Source: a phage
Length of the DNA stretch: 64,000 nucleotides
Strand: one strand, 5' to 3'
Assembly (NCBI GenBank): GCA_031520405.1
Contig: GCA_031520405.1_4842.1
Both the position numbers and the translations under genes were made by a program. The notes below the pieces were generated by a model. That model ran no database searches, was not told where the DNA came from, and saw only the letters and a list, made by a program, of their open reading frames with translations. This document shows, in pieces, positions 44,960-54,516 of the stretch; the first letter of the stretch is position 1, and every line of letters starts with the position of its first letter.

Positions 44960-45318
44960 TCATCCAAATCGTTGTTCAGAGCCATCATCAGCTCATTATC
45001 TGGTTCGTATGAACCGGAACATAAATCATCTCGCCAAACTCCTAACGTCAACAGCGCTGCTTTAAGACGAGGATGTTGGTTCTTATCCGTTTTCAACACC
45101 AACATTCGGCACACGGCTTCGGTTTCAAAGGTATTGAAAAGAATAATCAATTGATTGATAAGTACTCGAGGACTTTTCCCTGGCACAAATCTTTTCAATG
45201 ATTGATTAATTAGCGAAATTCGCTGAATGTCTACCATCAAATCATCTCTTGAGACACCAGGGGTGATATAATGTCTTAGAGCGTACTCCATCAAATTGCT
45301 TTCGTCAACGATAGCCAT
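44926..45318 (-). CDS. hypothetical protein (130 aa)
   Basis: ORF from track. Confidence 0.4.
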   Translation of the reverse strand: MAIVDESNLMEYALRHYITPGVSRDDLMVDIQRISLINQSLKRFVPGKSPRVLINQLIILFNTFETEAVCRMLVLKTDKNQHPRLKAALLTLGVWRDDLCSGSYEPDNELMMALNNDLDEWRKPCQQSQY

Positions 45319-45350
45319 ATTGAATTATAATCAGCAGTTATACACTGGGA

Positions 45351-45764
45351 TTATTTAATCTGCAGTTTTTCAGCCAATTGCGAGATTATTTCATTACGGT
45401 CAGTCGCGTCGATACCCAGGGGTTCCGCAAGTGTTTTAAGATCATTGATATCGAGCAAAAGAAGAACTTCAACTGTAATATCGGTTGATACCACAGTACC
45501 TGGTTTCATCGGCTTACCGAATTTATCTAACCCATAACGGCGCAAAGTTCCGGCAAGTCCGGTGAGTTCCTCTAGAAGCTCCTTAGAGCCGTCTTTATAT
45601 TCACACACCCAACCGTAGTCACCAGCGTAGACAATACCGCCGTCGCCGCCCTGAGGCACGTTATCCACCACGCGTTGCAGATAACTGGGAAGTTTATTTT
45701 CTTCCTGTGCAGTGATTTCTTGGATGGTTTGGGTGTTTTCAATTTTCTTTTGTGTCTTCGCCAT
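45351..45764 (-). CDS. hypothetical protein (137 aa)
   Basis: Start set at the ATG with GGAG RBS (MAKTQKK...). Confidence 0.45.
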   Translation of the reverse strand: MAKTQKKIENTQTIQEITAQEENKLPSYLQRVVDNVPQGGDGGIVYAGDYGWVCEYKDGSKELLEELTGLAGTLRRYGLDKFGKPMKPGTVVSTDITVEVLLLLDINDLKTLAEPLGIDATDRNEIISQLAEKLQIK

Positions 45765-46038
45765 GATCAGTTCTCCTATAGACTGTAATATATTTACCAC
45801 AACAATTGCAGCAATAAACATGCATGGAATATCCGTCGTCGTTAAAGTCACAGCCGCCACAACGACAAAATAATTTCACGAACTGGTCGCCTATGACTTC
45901 TCTCGGAGGAAAATTCCTGAACGAGTATTCCTTGAGTTCTCCATCAAATTGGAATGAATCAACAAGGAACTTTGTTTTTCGGCGCAGTGATCCAAATGCC
46001 TGTTGCTCATACACGAAGTAAACATCTCTGGTTTCCAT
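45739..46038 (-). CDS. small Cys-rich protein (99 aa)
   Basis: CRCGGC ... CCNCCGK cysteine clusters. Confidence 0.35.
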   Translation of the reverse strand: METRDVYFVYEQQAFGSLRRKTKFLVDSFQFDGELKEYSFRNFPPREVIGDQFVKLFCRCGGCDFNDDGYSMHVYCCNCCGKYITVYRRTDHGEDTKEN

Positions 46039-46050
46039 ATCGACCTCAAA

Positions 46051-46078
46051 GAAAAGGAGGCCGAAGCCCCCTCTTTTA
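46051..46078 (-). terminator. intrinsic terminator (bidirectional-looking)
   Basis: ggaggc cgaa gcc(c)cctc hairpin with T-runs on both strands, downstream of the rIIB-like gene. Confidence 0.5.
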
Positions 46079-46091
46079 TGTCAGTTCGCGG

Positions 46092-47675
46092 TTACTTGTA
46101 TAGACCTTCAACATCAATGGATTTATGTTGGCGGTTGTATTCCGTGGTGTAATCGTCTAATACCAGATATTCACAGCAGCGGATTTTACTGGAGCCATAA
46201 TCATCAGTGATAGACACGATATCTTTCGGGTTCAGTTTGCAACGGACAACGCGTTGTCCCAGGCTACCAAAACATTGTTTCAGATAAGCCAGAGAACAAA
46301 CGTGAAGACCGTAAGAGCACAGATCTTTGTTGTTATCGTTCACGAATGAGCGAGCCATCCGAACAATGGTGCCAGGAGCATTACTAACTTTTCCTGTGCG
46401 CTTGTCCATGTAGTTACCGCGAACGGATTTATACAGGATGATATCACCGTCTTCATGAATTTCGATATCCGAATATGCCATGAATTCATAGATTCGACCG
46501 GACTGAACCAGCGCGGCGCTCGGGTTTTGGAACATTTTGTCCAGGAAACGACCCAAGCGTTCCAAGTTCGGATAATCGCCTTTTAATGCCAAAGCCAAAA
46601 TGCGTTTGGCAACGGAAGTTCCGGTGATATCATAGCCACCCCAGCGAACACGATTGTCTGAAAGGTCAACCATGCCTGTGGTGAATTGTTTGATGGCTTC
46701 ACGCGGTTTCATCAGAGTGTACGCTGTTTTGACGTCACGATTTTTAATCGCTTCAACAATACGGTCATACGCCTGGTGGCTCGTTGTGATCGTTTCCGGT
46801 TTACCATCAACCACGATCACGATACTTTCCGGCAAAATCATGATCTGGTGTTCGTTCAGGAACACAGACAGATCTTTTTCATTAAATGAATTCTGAGTTT
46901 GCTTGTCGCCTGTTTCTCCAACAACTGCAACAGTCTTGACCACGAATAATACGGATGACAATGCCAGACGAAGTGTACGGCCTAAAATTACATCAAAGTA
47001 ACCCACGCGCCGACGGGCATCAAGGGAACCGCGCATCGGGTATGTTTCGCCGTCATGTTGTACACTGATTACCACGCCATCATTGACTTTGGTAACGCCA
47101 TCAACCAGTGCTGTCGCCAATTCGGCCAACGGCGAAATATTTTCTTCATTGAAGCGGCTTGACCGAGTTTCTAACGGTTTCAGTTCTTCGCTTCTGAAAA
47201 GTTTGGCCTGAATAGCAGCAGAGCTATCGTAACGCATACAGATAAACACTGTTTGGTTTTCCAGGAAACGGCCAACATACCATTCTTCGCCTTCAGAATC
47301 GACAGACACCGAACCTTCCAGAACTTCATAGGTGTCGGGGATTTTCCCTTCTTCAGTCAATTCTTTAATTGGCGAAATCACGACCACGTTATTAGATTCT
47401 TTGATGATACGAACCATCAGGGCGCGGGCAATTGTTTTGGCACTGACGCCATAAACTGATGCCAGAGAAGAATTGCTTTCACCTTTGCTGCTCTTGGTTT
47501 GTATTTCTTGAATCTGTTCAGTGGTCAGAGACTTAATCGAAGCCGGATCCACTCCCAGTTCTTTATCCGACACGCGTTGTATCATTGAGCGCGGTACGCC
47601 CAATTCACTGGCTATTGAACTTTGACTTCTGTTCTCATTCAACAGCTTGAGAATACGTTTTTCTATAGCATTCAT
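46092..47675 (-). CDS. rIIB-like protein with N-terminal tandem HTH
   Basis: 527 aa immediately downstream of the rIIA-like gene; N-terminus has two HTH-like segments (SIASELGVPRSMIQRV; LASVYGVSAKTIARAL). Assigned mainly by synteny. Confidence 0.4.
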   Translation of the reverse strand: MNAIEKRILKLLNENRSQSSIASELGVPRSMIQRVSDKELGVDPASIKSLTTEQIQEIQTKSSKGESNSSLASVYGVSAKTIARALMVRIIKESNNVVVISPIKELTEEGKIPDTYEVLEGSVSVDSEGEEWYVGRFLENQTVFICMRYDSSAAIQAKLFRSEELKPLETRSSRFNEENISPLAELATALVDGVTKVNDGVVISVQHDGETYPMRGSLDARRRVGYFDVILGRTLRLALSSVLFVVKTVAVVGETGDKQTQNSFNEKDLSVFLNEHQIMILPESIVIVVDGKPETITTSHQAYDRIVEAIKNRDVKTAYTLMKPREAIKQFTTGMVDLSDNRVRWGGYDITGTSVAKRILALALKGDYPNLERLGRFLDKMFQNPSAALVQSGRIYEFMAYSDIEIHEDGDIILYKSVRGNYMDKRTGKVSNAPGTIVRMARSFVNDNNKDLCSYGLHVCSLAYLKQCFGSLGQRVVRCKLNPKDIVSITDDYGSSKIRCCEYLVLDDYTTEYNRQHKSIDVEGLYK

Positions 47676-47707
47676 CTTGTAGTTCTCACTGTGGGGTAAT
47701 GGGGCTA

Positions 47708-50449
47708 TTATGCCCCGAGAATACGTTTTGAAATAGCCTTCACAAATCTAGTGGCATCTTCAATCGCGTTGTGTGCCGAAGGCTGATATGTTGACATCAT
47801 GAATTTCACCAAACGATGACATTCAACTCGGTATCGGTTTTTGGCCTTTTGCTTTTGAGATATAGTGCTAGTGACCTTTATCTCATCAAATCCTTCAGCA
47901 GTTAATTTTTCATTCAATAAATCAACAACTTGAGTTAACTGGTTACAGGCGCGGAAAAATCTCGTAGTTGAGAAAGGCATTTCTATATGATAATGTAATT
48001 CCTCAACAGCCTTGCGGAAATAACCGTACCCCGATCCAGACGGATTTCGTTTGGCCAGCATACGAACAATCTTCCATTCTTCTTCAGTGATTTGTTGTTT
48101 CGCATAACTGATGATTGCTTTTGCCCTGTGTTGATGATGGGCATAGCCATCCGTAACTTTTCCATGGGAATCAATCAACAGCTTGGCACCATAATCAATG
48201 CGATGAGACATGATGTTTATGCCCTTGCGAAGTTTCAGGAGTTTCTTAGATTCAAGCGCCTGAAATTCATCTTTATAATGCTCAAGCAACATATCAAACA
48301 CTGCGTCAATGGGGATGAATACTTCTGGGAATTTCTTCATCATCGGAACAGATTTACGACGCGCAAGAACGATTGTTGGATGTGCTCCCAGCAAATCAAA
48401 CAGGTTTTCGTTTCCATTCTCGCCGAACTTCGTTCTTTCCATCGCTTCACGCAAATGTCCAGCCGCGGATTGTCGTAAGGTATTACCATGAATTTTATGG
48501 ATACCTTCTCGGCCAGATACTTCGATATATACGATCTTTTTGCCCGAATCAATAATATCTGAAACGGTTTTTCCATCTAATTCATAAACGCGGTCGAAGT
48601 TAAATGAATTGTAATGGAAACTAAACATCCCAGGATCTTTTTCAACGGTCGGGCGAACATATTCCATTTCATGCATGAAATAGACTTCATCCGGATTGAA
48701 TAAATCGCCAAAGACCTCGATCAGTTTATCGGCAAAGACCAGGTAGTCCGGCGTTGTTTCTTGTACACCGATCCATGATTCAAAATAAGACTTCAATTCC
48801 TCATGGTTGGTAAATGATTCTTTATGTGCCGCCAGCTGATTCCGATTACTGAAATAATTTTCATTCGGTTTGACGACGATAACGACATTGAAGTTATTGC
48901 GTGCTGTTTGTATCTTCAGGTTTCGAGCACGATTCGAGTTATCAATAATAACAGCAATTTTTGATTTAGATTTCAACCAATTTCCGACAGAGTTCACATA
49001 AATGCTGTCGTGTACTACACCGTTGTCGTGTACTTCAATTTCGTAAGGACTACCAATAGACCGGAAAGGTGCATCCAAAGAGTAATCGCGCACGACGTCC
49101 GGCGCTCCGATATAACGGAACGTGCCTTTGTAGAAACGGTTATCTGCAGGAAATTCTCGCTCCACTAATTTACGGAAACCGCTACCGAACATATCGGTCA
49201 ATTGAGCCTTCTTCATATAAAGCATAAGAGGACCCATAGATTCGGCCTGGCGAAGTTCATACATCTTCGCCTGCATAATATTGTCAGCCACATATTTGAA
49301 CACTCGGTTCAGGCTTTCACGGGTGAACTCGTCATATGACAAGTCTTCACGTGATGGAGGAACATTCAATTCTCCAAGTTCGAAGAAGGTATAGGAACTC
49401 GGGAATTTTTCCAGCACGGTGCATATTTCAGAGTCCAATTGGTCGAGATCTATCGGGTAAGAAACCCCGCCCATGACAGCATAGTGGATGTTGTCGGAAT
49501 CTGACTTCGGTTGGATATATGTGTTACCTACACGGTTTTCGAAGTTGATGTCAGACCAACGGAAAGAATAACTGGCGTTTTCAACCTTCGGTCGCATTGA
49601 AGGTCGCATCACTCGACCCAAACGGACCAACTCTTGTTCAAAGGCGGTAAACCGCTGATTCTTTACAGGAACTTTAACAGTCAGGCCGTTGAACTCATCA
49701 GTGTCCTCCGGTTTAGGATCACGGGTATCTAAATCCTTGGTAATGAGATCCACAGTTGGGATTCTGTCCGCATTCAGATACATCAGGAAACGATACAGTT
49801 TCCCTTCATAGCGACTTTCTACTGTAAATGAATCAGATACAGCAAATGGGGATTTAGAACCTAGCCCAAACGCCCCTATTTGCCCGTCGTCGTCCTCTTT
49901 TGTACTATGGAAGAGTGTTGTATACAAACCAGGTCCACGAATGATCTCGCCATCCTCAGCGCGGAATACCAGTACCCCATTATAATAACCAGGTGTACCA
50001 ATAACAGCAGTGCTATCAGGGATTTCGTCTTCCTTCACGACGATATTACCTTCAACCAGCACTTCATCTTCACGCGCTGTAATAGGCTCGCCGATGATCA
50101 TTTCTAATGGAAGACCAACCCCATAATCTTTAATTTCCAGCCAGGGTTCCATAACATCCGGTAAATGTACAACAACAGGAGTTCCCTTGGGGGCAAGATG
50201 TTTGCTGTATCGTTGAGGCATAGGAGTGAGAGGAGCATAATGCGATGGCATCCAGCGTTGTTGGCGATCACGCATATTATGTGAGTCTATACCATTACAC
50301 AACGTCTCACGCAAAGACGCCGCCTCTTTATATTTGTAGAGACTTGAAAATAATGTTTCAAATAATTTATCCGTCATCTTGACATTGAATGTCTGTCCGA
50401 CGATGGTAGAAGAAGAGCGCACGAAATGCTCGGACTTGCGCATTTTCAT
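47708..50449 (-). CDS. rIIA: rIIA-like protein with GHKL (Bergerat-fold) ATPase domain
   Basis: N-box ETLCNGID, G1 box DYGVGL, G2 box IGAFGLGSKSPF near the N-terminus; 913 aa; position upstream of the rIIB-like gene and near topoisomerase II genes. Confidence 0.55.
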   Translation of the reverse strand: MKMRKSEHFVRSSSTIVGQTFNVKMTDKLFETLFSSLYKYKEAASLRETLCNGIDSHNMRDRQQRWMPSHYAPLTPMPQRYSKHLAPKGTPVVVHLPDVMEPWLEIKDYGVGLPLEMIIGEPITAREDEVLVEGNIVVKEDEIPDSTAVIGTPGYYNGVLVFRAEDGEIIRGPGLYTTLFHSTKEDDDGQIGAFGLGSKSPFAVSDSFTVESRYEGKLYRFLMYLNADRIPTVDLITKDLDTRDPKPEDTDEFNGLTVKVPVKNQRFTAFEQELVRLGRVMRPSMRPKVENASYSFRWSDINFENRVGNTYIQPKSDSDNIHYAVMGGVSYPIDLDQLDSEICTVLEKFPSSYTFFELGELNVPPSREDLSYDEFTRESLNRVFKYVADNIMQAKMYELRQAESMGPLMLYMKKAQLTDMFGSGFRKLVEREFPADNRFYKGTFRYIGAPDVVRDYSLDAPFRSIGSPYEIEVHDNGVVHDSIYVNSVGNWLKSKSKIAVIIDNSNRARNLKIQTARNNFNVVIVVKPNENYFSNRNQLAAHKESFTNHEELKSYFESWIGVQETTPDYLVFADKLIEVFGDLFNPDEVYFMHEMEYVRPTVEKDPGMFSFHYNSFNFDRVYELDGKTVSDIIDSGKKIVYIEVSGREGIHKIHGNTLRQSAAGHLREAMERTKFGENGNENLFDLLGAHPTIVLARRKSVPMMKKFPEVFIPIDAVFDMLLEHYKDEFQALESKKLLKLRKGINIMSHRIDYGAKLLIDSHGKVTDGYAHHQHRAKAIISYAKQQITEEEWKIVRMLAKRNPSGSGYGYFRKAVEELHYHIEMPFSTTRFFRACNQLTQVVDLLNEKLTAEGFDEIKVTSTISQKQKAKNRYRVECHRLVKFMMSTYQPSAHNAIEDATRFVKAISKRILGA

Positions 50450-50520
50450 AGTATAGAATTCCTGTTCAGATCAAAGAAGAACACATTATTGGGTAAGGTT
50501 ATGATACTGGCGGGTGGTTC

Positions 50521-50548
50521 AATAGAAAAGCCTCCAATCGGAGGCTTT
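50521..50548 (-). terminator. intrinsic terminator
   Basis: aaagcctcc aatc ggaggcttt hairpin followed on the minus strand by tctatt; sits between gene 50557..50910 and rIIA. Confidence 0.6.
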
Positions 50549-50556
50549 AATCAGGA

Positions 50557-50910
50557 TTAACTTCCCTGAACGTTTACAACGGTGGCGTTGAAATTGAATA
50601 TCGGGTGGGTGGCACCTGGCTCTAACGTCTCTTCCAGATAACCCACAATATTGCGTGTCACAGATTTCGGCTCTGCGCGGGAAGGCTTCGTTGCGCCGAG
50701 GTCAATAATGCTCGAAGTGACTTGTTCAACCTGAGTGTGATTGACAACAAAATGATAACGACTACCGAAGGCCGCAACTTCAACTTCTGTTATTTCTAAA
50801 CCACTCAATTCAGAGCTGTTCAACTGCTTCACATTCAATTGAGAGCGGAGGTGCTCTACAATATTGCTGTAAACATATTGTGGTGTGATCAGCTGTTCAA
50901 TAGAACTCAT
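50557..50910 (-). CDS. hypothetical protein (117 aa)
   Basis: ORF from track. Confidence 0.5.
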   Translation of the reverse strand: MSSIEQLITPQYVYSNIVEHLRSQLNVKQLNSSELSGLEITEVEVAAFGSRYHFVVNHTQVEQVTSSIIDLGATKPSRAEPKSVTRNIVGYLEETLEPGATHPIFNFNATVVNVQGS

Positions 50911-51078
50911 GACATATCCTCATTTCTTTGGGGGTTTATTGTTACTTAAACGGATCACCTCTGCTCGAAGGAAGAGGATTTCATCGGCCATCATTTTACC
51001 TTCTTGAAACATAACATGACATCGTGTGATCTGGGTTCACCTTCCGATAATGCGTGAAGGCGATATTCGGGGATGACA

Positions 51079-51285
51079 TCATTTACGGCGTTTCTTTTTG
51101 TTCTTTCCATGGGTCTTGGCCTTTTTAGGACGACTGACGGAAGGACGAGCATGCCCAGGTTCCCCAGGGGTACACCCTTGTGCATAACGATGATCATCCC
51201 AGAGACGACCATTATGCGTCATATCTTCAGCCATGGCGGACAAAGCAAGGGTTGCTACAGCCGCAGCAGATAATGGTTTAGACAT
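51079..51285 (-). CDS. small predicted secreted basic protein (68 aa)
   Basis: Start at the ATG with AGGAG RBS 6 nt upstream; N-terminal signal-peptide-like segment (AAAVATLALSAMA) and K/R-rich C-terminus. Confidence 0.45.
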   Translation of the reverse strand: MSKPLSAAAVATLALSAMAEDMTHNGRLWDDHRYAQGCTPGEPGHARPSVSRPKKAKTHGKNKKKRRK

Positions 51286-51724
51286 TTGTTTCTCCTTTTG
51301 CTGCATACGACAGAGCTTTTACGATCATAACAGCCAAACCGATAGGATCGTATGCATTGTCGAATTCTTGTTCTATGTTCTGACGAATTTCATCAGAAGA
51401 TTGTACTTCAGAGCAGTTCTTACTCTGTCTGCGTTGCTCTTGCTCGACTAGATCTTTGAACAGAAGGTCTTTGAAAGAATACTCATCGAAGTTTTCAAGA
51501 TACCGTTGGATGCTTGGTTGTTTTACATCCATCGTTTGACGCAAATTGCTAATAGTTGAACTTGCCTGTTCGCGGTGTTTGTTCATAACAGCAAAGTTAA
51601 CGGGCTTGCCCCAAGCATTCATCACTGGATTAGAGCATACTTGGCCAAAGAGATCTTGGAAGGCATCATCCATGTGGATCAACGCAGTGGCCAATTCCTC
51701 ATAAGTCGGTTTTTGAGTAGTCAT
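51278..51724 (-). CDS. hypothetical protein (148 aa)
   Basis: ORF from track. Confidence 0.5.
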   Translation of the reverse strand: MTTQKPTYEELATALIHMDDAFQDLFGQVCSNPVMNAWGKPVNFAVMNKHREQASSTISNLRQTMDVKQPSIQRYLENFDEYSFKDLLFKDLVEQEQRRQSKNCSEVQSSDEIRQNIEQEFDNAYDPIGLAVMIVKALSYAAKGETNV

Positions 51725-52098
51725 TTTCGTTTACTCCGATTTTTATATTTCTTAGCCTGACGTTTATGTTGGGCGGCTCCATATAGGCGCGGCGGCTTTT
51801 GATAACGTTGTGACGCAATTATGTCTCTGTCATCGGCTTCACAATACGAAATATCTGCCTTCCGTAACTGAGCCACCGCTTGAGATACCAAGGTTTTGCG
51901 TTCACTTTCTACCAGATCATCACAAATTATCATGCGTTCACCTGGTTCACAACAACGTTTAGGAATATCGTCTACACTGATACATTCTACTTCAACACCT
52001 TTCAACTTTTCTTGAAGGATAATGGCCATAGTCCGAGCGCCGATTCCTCCTCCAATAATCGCTATCTTTCTTGTCTTGTCTGTCATGTTCTTGCCCAT
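51721..52098 (-). CDS. small protein with Rossmann-type GxGxxG motif
   Basis: KIAIIGGGIGARTMAII dinucleotide-binding-like motif; start taken at the first ATG after the hairpin (track ORF begins at TTG). Confidence 0.4.
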   Translation of the reverse strand: MGKNMTDKTRKIAIIGGGIGARTMAIILQEKLKGVEVECISVDDIPKRCCEPGERMIICDDLVESERKTLVSQAVAQLRKADISYCEADDRDIIASQRYQKPPRLYGAAQHKRQAKKYKNRSKRK

Positions 52099-52103
52099 GA
52101 AAA

Positions 52104-52138
52104 GGGGATAGAGCAATAATACCCTATCCCCATTTATT
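52104..52138 (-). terminator. GGGG hairpin element with flanking TTCAATAAA motif
   Basis: ggggatag / ctatcccc stem with 12-nt loop; T-tracts on both sides; paralogous to the element at 55335..55377. Confidence 0.45.
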
Positions 52139-52147
52139 GAAGAACTA

Positions 52148-52570
52148 TTAGTCTTCCGAACCTACAACCCCACCACGCAGATCCTGTGCTGGCTTACCAT
52201 CAGGTGCCATGACATAGATGGTATTGATAGTCTCAAACCAAGACAATAAATCAACTCCTTCGGTGTATGGCGTTACCGGAACAGAAGTTTTGATTTCTTT
52301 CTGTTCATCCTTCAAATCCGGATGACTTCCCGATAGGGTTAACCAAGCGAATCTTCCATTGGGATAAATAATGCCTTCTTTGAACATTACAATCTTTTTG
52401 CGAGGATTATTGGCTTCACCCAGGCACACCACCAGATGATGGATCATTTCGGGGCGCGTCAACAACGTGTCGTCACGGATAATGCCCTGCTTGACAGCAG
52501 AGATTACCACTTCATCCAGCAACGCCTGTTGCTGTTCCAGCTTCAGGGATTCAGTGAGTTTCACGCTCAT
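52148..52570 (-). CDS. hypothetical protein (140 aa)
   Basis: ORF from track. Confidence 0.5.
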   Translation of the reverse strand: MSVKLTESLKLEQQQALLDEVVISAVKQGIIRDDTLLTRPEMIHHLVVCLGEANNPRKKIVMFKEGIIYPNGRFAWLTLSGSHPDLKDEQKEIKTSVPVTPYTEGVDLLSWFETINTIYVMAPDGKPAQDLRGGVVGSED

Positions 52571-52574
52571 GATA

Positions 52575-52772
52575 TCAGCCTTTTAAGTTAAGAATTTCAC
52601 CAAGGACAGCGTGCAAATGCTTTGCAGATTCAATGTCCAACAGAATGGTGTCATAAAGACGCCCGTTGTCATCACTCCCAACCTGCTTTATCACCACTCC
52701 CCTGGGGTCTAAGCTCACCAAAGTTTCCTTGGCAGGCGTCGTGTACACAGAGCTAAATTTATCAGTGGGCAT
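52575..52772 (-). CDS. hypothetical protein (65 aa)
   Basis: ORF from track. Confidence 0.4.
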   Translation of the reverse strand: MPTDKFSSVYTTPAKETLVSLDPRGVVIKQVGSDDNGRLYDTILLDIESAKHLHAVLGEILNLKG

Positions 52773-52821
52773 AACAGAACCTTACTCGGTTTGGTTAGCT
52801 CCAGTTGGAGCTAACTGTGAA

Positions 52822-53391
52822 TTAGCCTTTAAAGCTGATCGGTTTCTGAACCCCGGCGTCGAAAGCAGCCTGGGTACGAGTATCGCTCACCACCTGACAG
52901 GTCTTGTCAAGATCGATGCGCGGGTATCCAAACACGCCAGCAATCAACGAACCAGGGAACTGGCCAAGTTTAGTTTCATAGATCGCACATGCGTCCAATT
53001 TTTTAGTTTGGCTAATGCGGAATTCATCCCGACCTGAGCTGATAACAACCTGAATCTCTTTGTACAAAGATGAATCAAACTGAATATTCTGTTCCTGAAT
53101 CCATTGCATTACTGCTTTAGAACCGTCTGCGCCATAACGGCCTTGGAAAGTATCTTTGATCACTTCCTTCAAACCGTTTTTGTACATGTCAGGAATCTGC
53201 GCCGTCTCCTGAACTTTGAGCGTGTAGTTGCTCAGGTGGTTTTCAGAATCTTTGTTGAACTTTTTGACCTGTTGTTCAATGCGGTTGAATTCATTGAAAT
53301 AGCTAACCACACTACCAATCCCAATTACAGCAAATGCTAGAATCGCCAACCCAACGATCCAACCAATTGAAATACCTTTACGTTGTGACAT
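52822..53391 (-). CDS. LemA-like membrane protein
   Basis: N-terminal TM anchor and C-terminal FPGSLIAGVFGY matching the LemA family FP..(I/L)(I/V)A..FGF signature; 189 aa. Confidence 0.55.
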   Translation of the reverse strand: MSQRKGISIGWIVGLAILAFAVIGIGSVVSYFNEFNRIEQQVKKFNKDSENHLSNYTLKVQETAQIPDMYKNGLKEVIKDTFQGRYGADGSKAVMQWIQEQNIQFDSSLYKEIQVVISSGRDEFRISQTKKLDACAIYETKLGQFPGSLIAGVFGYPRIDLDKTCQVVSDTRTQAAFDAGVQKPISFKG

Positions 53392-53406
53392 CTTTACTTC
53401 CTCTTG

Positions 53407-54516
53407 TTAAAACAAACGTTTATAAGTTCGACCATTGTACTGCATGCGGCCTAATATGAAAACTGCGGTAAAAGGGATACATCCAAACAGCACGACGATA
53501 ATCACTTCCCAAGTTTTAAGATCTCGCCATTTCAGATATTCCATTTCCTTCATCTCAACTCGGTTGTATCCCTTACTGATATTGACCGCAACTTCTTGGA
53601 ACACGGATATACCCATTGGTTTCCCAGTCAATGAAAGTCCGTTACGAGAATGGAGTTCCATGTTGTTCATGCCGTCGGCAAATGACGTAGACTTACCCCA
53701 ATTAATTTTCATATCCTTTGAAATATCGGTGACTACAATAACATCGTTCTTTTTACCGCCGGACCATGCATATAGAAGTCCCTGAAAATATTCAACAGGC
53801 TGGCCAGAAGTCACAACCCAAACGATATTAACCTGACGTGAAGCACCTAATGTTTTCAGAGTGTCGTTCAGATAATCATTCCAGTAATCAACAGGAATGT
53901 CCATCCCTGACATATTCAGAACACGGGTTACTCGGTAATAATCATACACCCTTGGATATGAAGGGATATGCTCTTTGAAATTCTCAGCGAATTGCTGGTC
54001 AGATTTAGAGAATAATGAATCTTTGTTGCCCAGCACATAATTCATATATGAATGTTCACGTGCCGCAGGTTCCCCGATTTTAACTTGTGCCCAACGCGGA
54101 GGCTCTGTAGTACCCTGACGATCAATACGGTCAATGCTCAGATCACCGACGGTTGTTAATACGTCCCAATCAACGTCATAAGAGTGCTCATAGCATGTGC
54201 TGCAATGACGCGTTTGTGTACAAGATCGGTTATTTCCTGAACCAGAGCAAGATGTTGTGTAATAGCACATACATTCATAAGAATGTTCACAACCCACCTT
54301 ATTCCGTTGCTTATCAGTTACATATCCATTCAAAATTTCCACGTCCCCAGAACTACCAAGGGAGAAAGCAGCATATAATCCCGACTGGATAAGGCAAGAC
54401 AATACGATAACAATGGCCGTGGCGATCAAAGTCTCCTTTGGCTCATGAGTCTTGCGGTGATATATCACAAACAAGATGGCCAAAATTACAGGAACCACAA
54501 ACAGAAGGTAAATCAT
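53407..54516 (-). CDS. membrane protein with Cys-rich module, LemA-associated
   Basis: 369 aa: two N-terminal TM helices, an 8-Cys cluster (CEHSYECMCYYTTSCSGSGNNRSCTQTRHCSTCYEH), a large soluble domain and a C-terminal TM helix; immediately upstream of the LemA-like gene. Confidence 0.5.
   Translation of the reverse strand: MIYLLFVVPVILAILFVIYHRKTHEPKETLIATAIVIVLSCLIQSGLYAAFSLGSSGDVEILNGYVTDKQRNKVGCEHSYECMCYYTTSCSGSGNNRSCTQTRHCSTCYEHSYDVDWDVLTTVGDLSIDRIDRQGTTEPPRWAQVKIGEPAAREHSYMNYVLGNKDSLFSKSDQQFAENFKEHIPSYPRVYDYYRVTRVLNMSGMDIPVDYWNDYLNDTLKTLGASRQVNIVWVVTSGQPVEYFQGLLYAWSGGKKNDVIVVTDISKDMKINWGKSTSFADGMNNMELHSRNGLSLTGKPMGISVFQEVAVNISKGYNRVEMKEMEYLKWRDLKTWEVIIVVLFGCIPFTAVFILGRMQYNGRTYKRLF

Noticed and set aside
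50991-51212. 73-aa minus-strand ORF overlapping the small secreted-protein gene
   Set aside because: It overlaps ORF 51079..51285, which has a strong AGGAG RBS and a coherent signal-peptide architecture; the alternative frame has no RBS.
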